From contig BQFW01000008.1 of the NCBI GenBank assembly GCA_020891255.1, positions 558,001-622,000 on the forward strand: a DNA stretch of 64,000 nt. Reading direction: 5' to 3'. The notes under the pieces were generated by a model. It ran no database searches, had not been told where the DNA came from, and was given only the letters and a program-made list of their open reading frames with translations. The stretch's first letter is position 1. Each line of letters starts with the position of its first letter. Of the stretch, positions 58,563-64,000 are shown one piece after another. A program made the translations under genes and the position numbers. Source of the DNA: Entomortierella parvispora E1425 (Eukaryota; Fungi; Mortierellomycota).

Positions 58563-61500
58563 ATGGAAGGCTCATCTAAAGCAACATCGCCTATGGGGCC
58601 TTATGGCCCTATCCTGGGCATGGCACATCGCCATGGTTACCTCTCTGCGGCGGTTGTCATGGGATCAATATGTTTGATCTCAACGGTCATGACCTTTGTC
58701 CTCTCCAAGGCCCACAACGACTTGAAGCAACGTGGACGGTACCTTGTTGCATGGAACGGAATCTCAGCTACAGGCGTCGTTACTGTCTACCTGATGCTCA
58801 ACGCTTACGTTGGAGACTTTCCCTGCTTTATTTTACTATGGAGTAAGTATTTGGAAAGAAGTGCGAGTGGAAAGCTTGTAACTGTCCTCGCTGCCATGGC
58901 TGACCATGACAGGCAGTAATCAGCTCGGATGCAAAGAACTTGTGATGGATGTCTATCATTTTGTTGCTCCTGAACCTTTGCGCCGTGCTGTTAGCCTTGA
59001 ATGAGTCCAAGATTCTGATATCCTGCCCTCTATCCTGTCCTCTTTTAGCGTCGTATCTCCTCATTGTGCCGTGGCTGCTGACATATCTGGCACGAGGATG
59101 GCGTCTCGTTTACATCTACAATCGACAAGTGGACTTTGGCCGTCGGTCACTGCAGAGGATCACCTCGCATAGGAATATCAACTCTTATTCTCGGACTGTG
59201 AATGCAGGCAACGAGGCCGTTGATGACTCTGTGAATCGGCCCACCCTACCCAACCAACCGGGGGTTAGCACTGATGGAGGTCTAGGCCAGGCTCTGTTGT
59301 CTGGATCGTTAATTCAACAGACTGTGACAGGATCATCCTCATCTGGCACACCGTGCGAGGACCCACAAGGAGCAGTAAAGGAGGAATCAACGCTCAGAAT
59401 TGGCCCGACTGAATCGACTCTCGTATCATCGTCCGAGAAACCCCTGCCACTTTTGCCTGCCCCATCCTTTGTGGGCGAGACATCAGGTGTCTCTAACGTA
59501 CCCTCCATCGCCAATGCCATCCCACAAACAGATCCACGGATACAGCCGCAGGGTGTGGTAATAGCCACAGAGCAAGAGCGGACAATATCCTCGCCTCTCG
59601 GAATCGGTATTTTGCCGGACATCACTGGTGTTACGCTTGAAGGCGTCGCGGCACCAACTGATGATGACCAACCTAATGGACAGGGAGGACACAGTGATCC
59701 CGTTGCTGGAGAAGGGATCCACCTTTGGGATCGATACTTACCGTTTAATCAAGCGACGGACGGCAGACTGACCGTGTTCTTGCTCATGTGCATGATTTTC
59801 CCATTCATTCTTTGTCTGGCCATGCAATTCGTGAAGCCGTCCCCAGTTCAAATCAACCCCACTTGCTACAAATGTGGGGAAGGCCCAGTGGTAAGGAGTT
59901 AATCAAATGCAGAGTGCAATACGATGCTCTTTCACGTATGGAGGTCCTCACCTGAAACATATGCCTGATTTTTTCTCGTTCTTTGGTTTTTGTAGTTTTA
60001 TCCTATATACGCCGTCATGCTTGCGTTTCTCGCTATCGGGTGTCCCGTACTGAGCTGGAAGCTGTGGTGGATAAAGGATGGCTTTGGTATCCGAAATGAG
60101 CTTTTGGTCACCATGATGATTGGATTGCCAGGATTTGTGCTTTATTTTATCTCCCCCTTCAAGCTCAAATACCTGGACAAGGGGCATTGGAACCATGTCA
60201 ACTGGCTCATCCTCACTATTTTTTTGGCCCATGTTAATTCGGTTGTCCTACCACTCATCCAGTTCTTCCGGAGGCAGCGGCCCAAAAGCAGAAGTGGAGG
60301 CCACAGAGGCAAACCGATCACAGGCATTTTTCGATGGGATTCCGTTGGAAGAGCTGTTCCAGGAACACCCACGGGCGACTTTGCAAGTGATGGGTCTTCA
60401 TTTTTTTCAAGAGTATCGTCTCAGGTCCTGTCCCCACAATTCCCTGGTATCGACGATGACGGCAACCGGTCTATCGCGGAGCAAAGTGTCCTCTCGCAAG
60501 CCATTGCTGAGGGTCTTGGTCGAGCTCCATCGGCCTCTGCACGAGCCAATCGTACCGACGCCAACGGTCATCGTCTTAGAGGACTGAAGGGGTTTATGTC
60601 AAAGTACGGAATGGACTCGGATGGAAATTTCGTCCCTCTTAGCAAGATGAACCCCCGAGCATTTGAATTCGTGGTTCAAGATCGCGATATGTTGGAGGCA
60701 TTGGTGTCGTTTTCAGTCACCGTCTTTAGTACCGAGAACGCGCTGTTCTTGCAAGAGTATGATGGACTTCGAAAGCAAGTGCGCGAGTACTATCGATTGA
60801 TTTCTCGGAATAGCAGACAGGAGAGTCAGCAGGCACCCGCAGGTGGTTTGGGATCACCTACTCAAAATTGGGATGGAAGCACACCGTCCAGTCCAACTTC
60901 GCGGTCACACAGGCAAACGCAATCTCTTCTTGGAAGCATGGCCTCCTCCATTCAATACAGGCTATCGTCCATCAACGACGATCGTCATCATGGTCGACGA
61001 AATAGCCGAGCTGCATCGGACCCCCTTACAGCGAAGAACACTATCCCAGAAGTCTGCAGCCCAGAGGCGGAGTCATCGAGTGTCATGCCGACGCGACCCA
61101 TTGCCAGGCATCGCCAAAATATGAGCGATAGTTTGTGGCGACTGTCTCTTCAGTCATCTCTCCGACAATCCAGTACTGTGCCATCTTCACCACGGGCGAC
61201 CATGATCCAAATCGAGGATCCAGCGACTCCGTGCCGCCAGTCTGCACACATACGATCGGAATCGTCGCCAACATCGCCACGTATGTCAGAGCGACACTTG
61301 CCCTCTCAGTCCAGTCTGGCAGGAAGATGTTTCCCGAGACTTGCCGCGTCTACCATGGACCCAATGCATGATAACGGATCTGAGGGACCTGATAGTGAGA
61401 GGTCATCGTTTAGCTGGTATGGCCGAGGCAACTCTGGCTCGGCATTGAGTTATCACGATGTCACTCCAAGCGACATTAGCAGTTATCAAGGAGGACTTGA

Positions 61501-62893
61501 AGAGTTTGGAGAGGATCATGGCTCGATCTCGGTCTCGGTCTCGGACGAAAGTGCAGTGGCTGCTCCAGTGTCTGTTCCAGTGTCTGCTGATGACATTACG
61601 ATCCGTAACAACGGGACAGGACCTGTTCGCTCAGCTTCTGCCCCGTTTCCTCTTGCTGACCGACCAAAGGCCCGTGCTGCTGTCTCATCCCAGTCCCAGG
61701 ATAATATCAGCAGTCTTGGCTCTTCAAGATCGAGCGCAAAATCTCCTCTCAGCCCACCTTTCCAACAGGGTTCCCCTCCAGAGACCTCACCCTATGGATC
61801 TCTTCCAGACCCGAAGCAACCGAGTCGACTCTTTCAGCCTATCAGCTCTCAAATCCCTCTTCACTCCCCCAGTTCTTCTGTTTCGGCTCCCTACACTCCT
61901 CGTCTTCCTTCTCAACCTCAATTGCGCGGTTCTCCAAGCAGTATGCAACGCTCCACTTCTGCACGGACAATCTTGACATTAGAGGAGCAGCGTCAGTTGT
62001 ACAATGCATCCTCCGAAGTGGTCTCTGCCACTACAGCGGGACCGTTGAGCGTCTCTCCATTACAGGAAGCGCTCCAGCAGCATCAATCATGTGGAGATTT
62101 GATTCAACAAACGGAACCCAGCGGTGAAGAGGGCTTGCCTCAAGCACAGTCCCCAACAGCGGCGGTCGTACCCCGTGCAAGACCTTTGCATGGGCGTCAG
62201 CGCATGTTGTCTCGAGTCCATCGTCATGGACTGATGATGCCAGTCATGGATCGTATGACCCCTGTTCCCAAAGCGCTCTTGCCTGCCTACTGGGAACTGG
62301 CCGATACTTTTGTCATGCCTTGGTCCGACACCCAGTTGAATCTGCCGGATGAGATTGTTCAAGAGATCCGACGACAGTTCGAGACGTCAGAATGTTATCT
62401 CGAGATGTTTGAGCCTGTGGTTCGAGAGATCCAAGAGCTGGTCTATGTGAATGTCTGGCCCCGTTTCGTGGTCTTTTTGCAGAAGCAGCCCCAGGGATTC
62501 CGAGGTCGAATGAAGTTGGCTTGGAAGAGGTTTACAGATCGTGTCTGGGTCGGAAATCACTTTGCAGGAAATCACCACGATGGCAATGGATACAATGGAG
62601 AGGGTGGAGTCTACCGAGGACCGACGACGCCACGTCCTCATGAGCTCTCACGAACGTCCTCTGGACAATTCCCAGAGACGATTTATCAGGACGAGGAGGA
62701 CATTGCACGAGCACAACAGCAGCAGGCAGAGGGATACATTCAGAATCAGTATAGTTATCTCGGAGGACTTGGAGCAGTTCGACCAAGGGCTGGCGAGGCA
62801 AAGGAGGTTAGCGAAGAGGAGTTGGGTCAGTTTGGCGTGATGCAGGAGCTAGATCTCACGGCTCTTCAGCGGATCGTCGTTGACCCTCAATAA
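58563..62893 (+). CDS. 7TM-RGS fusion receptor (fungal class VI GPCR, GprK-like), 1339 aa
   Basis: Exons 58563-58842, 59049-59890, 59996-62893. Seven hydrophobic segments with FPCF, YLARGWRL and DGFGIRNEL; RGS halves FSTENALFL and LNLPDEI...FEPVVREIQELVYVNVWPRF. Confidence 0.88.
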
Positions 62894-63744
62894 GTACCTT
62901 TTGTTTTCTCTCCATTATTTGCATTCTCACTCCAACTTCTCTCCCCCACTTTTTTTTTATATCTCAGAGTTCTTTTTTTCAGTTCAACTTATCCACTTTC
63001 TCCCTTATCTTCTCCCACCACCATTCATTCATACAACAGAAAAGGGGAAAGCTGGATTGTGTCAATAGTCATGTAAACTAGCTATACCATAGTCACGATA
63101 TTAAACAAAAGGCAGCAGCAGCCGTGAAAACAGGAACATCCATGCTCATTGCCCATTAGTTGCAGCCGCTGTCTTTTCGACCTTTTCCCAAGGTGCTCTC
63201 GAACATTGAGCTGTTCCCACCATCGTGCTACATTGATGATGTATCTGTTGACGATGTACCTGCATCTGTTGTTGAGCTGGATGTGGACATTTGTTTACTC
63301 ATCACTCCTCTCTTGCCACTCTGTCGAGGGTGAGGGCGAGGGTACGGGTACATAGAGAGTCCAATCCACGCCAACAAACAATCACACAAAAAATCGTCTC
63401 TTGCCTCACCTCACCATCTCGACTCTTTCAACCCTCAAAGATCGAGTTTTTTTTTTTTTTTTTTCTTCCGCGGGAGGGAGAACCGCCCTGGGGTCTTTGA
63501 ATGAAACGACCGAGTTTTTTTATATATTTATTTTCCTTTTCAAAAAAGAATGGGGAAGGAAAGGGTTTGTTGACAGTGCCAAAAAGATGAAAGGTTTTGA
63601 AGAGACGAGGCTTGGGAATCATGCCCCCCTTGGCGCGCGGTATGAAAACATGGATCGAGAAGAAACATTACTTTATCCATCATAAAAACAAACAATCAAA
63701 AAAGCATCATTAAAAACACGAACAAAACAAAACTAGTCTTTTTT

Positions 63745-64000
63745 TTAAATCTCTCGATTTCGGACAAGCAGGTTCCAACAGGTATCCAGGTCCTGAGGCC
63801 CAATGGAGAGATCGCAGTCCAAAAAAGTCAAAAACTCATTCTCCATCCGATCCAAATCGTGCACCTGAAGGACCATGGGCGCAGCGTGAGAGGTCGTTGT
63901 GGATGCAGCAGTAGAAGGAGCGGATGAAGAGGCGGTAAAAGCCATGGAGTTCTTGATCGGTGTAGCTTGGATGGGCAAAGACCGGGCTGGAAAAGTTTCT
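63745..64000 (-). CDS. 3' end of a cyclin-like (Pcl/Pho80-type) gene, 5' part outside the window
   Basis: Frame is open to the window edge; DLDRMENEFLTFLDCDL resembles the cyclin-box helix motif (N-x-MERxFL-x-x-LDW-x-L). Confidence 0.55.
   Translation of the reverse strand, partial: ETFPARSLPIQATPIKNSMAFTASSSAPSTAASTTTSHAAPMVLQVHDLDRMENEFLTFLDCDLSIGPQDLDTCWNLLVRNREI

Noticed and set aside
58949-59048. Hydrophobic ORF start MSIILLLLNLCAV as a separate signal-peptide gene
   Set aside because: It lies inside intron 1 (58843-59048) of the 7TM-RGS gene; splicing gives the continuous FPCFILLWTSY helix.

Overview
Intron-rich eukaryotic (fungal) DNA. Gene content and style suggest an early-diverging fungus, probably Mucoromycota/Mortierellaceae (inference). 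I reconstructed about 19 host protein genes by hand from splice signals, checking that each joined CDS stays in frame. They are TPS2 (partial), a secreted S41/CPAF-like peptidase, histone H1, EB1, a 4TM RING-H2 ligase, a 1751-aa APH-like pseudokinase candidate, a homeobox factor, a single-pass membrane protein, taxilin, GSK3, two Cys-rich micro-exon genes, a METTL21-like methyltransferase, an orphan multi-TM protein, an RMD1/RMD8-family protein, a P450, DNA polymerase delta subunit 4, a 7TM-RGS receptor and a partial cyclin. The first standout is at 36.9-43.4 kb. A full-length, very young Ty3/gypsy element (37029-43136, LTRs identical except one homopolymer indel, 4-bp TSD, no chromodomain) sits 17-20 bp upstream of a tRNA-Met gene, the position expected for Pol III-targeted integration. 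Removing it restores a near-perfect ~158-bp-arm palindrome of two identical head-to-head tRNA-Met genes around a 26-bp spacer, with three CACGTG motifs at and within that spacer. The second standout is directly downstream: a tandem pair of uncharacterised genes, invisible in full to the ORF track, that share an 11-nt first exon and metallothionein-like Cys-rich N-termini. One ends in a PPxY motif and the other is fused to a 4-TM domain.
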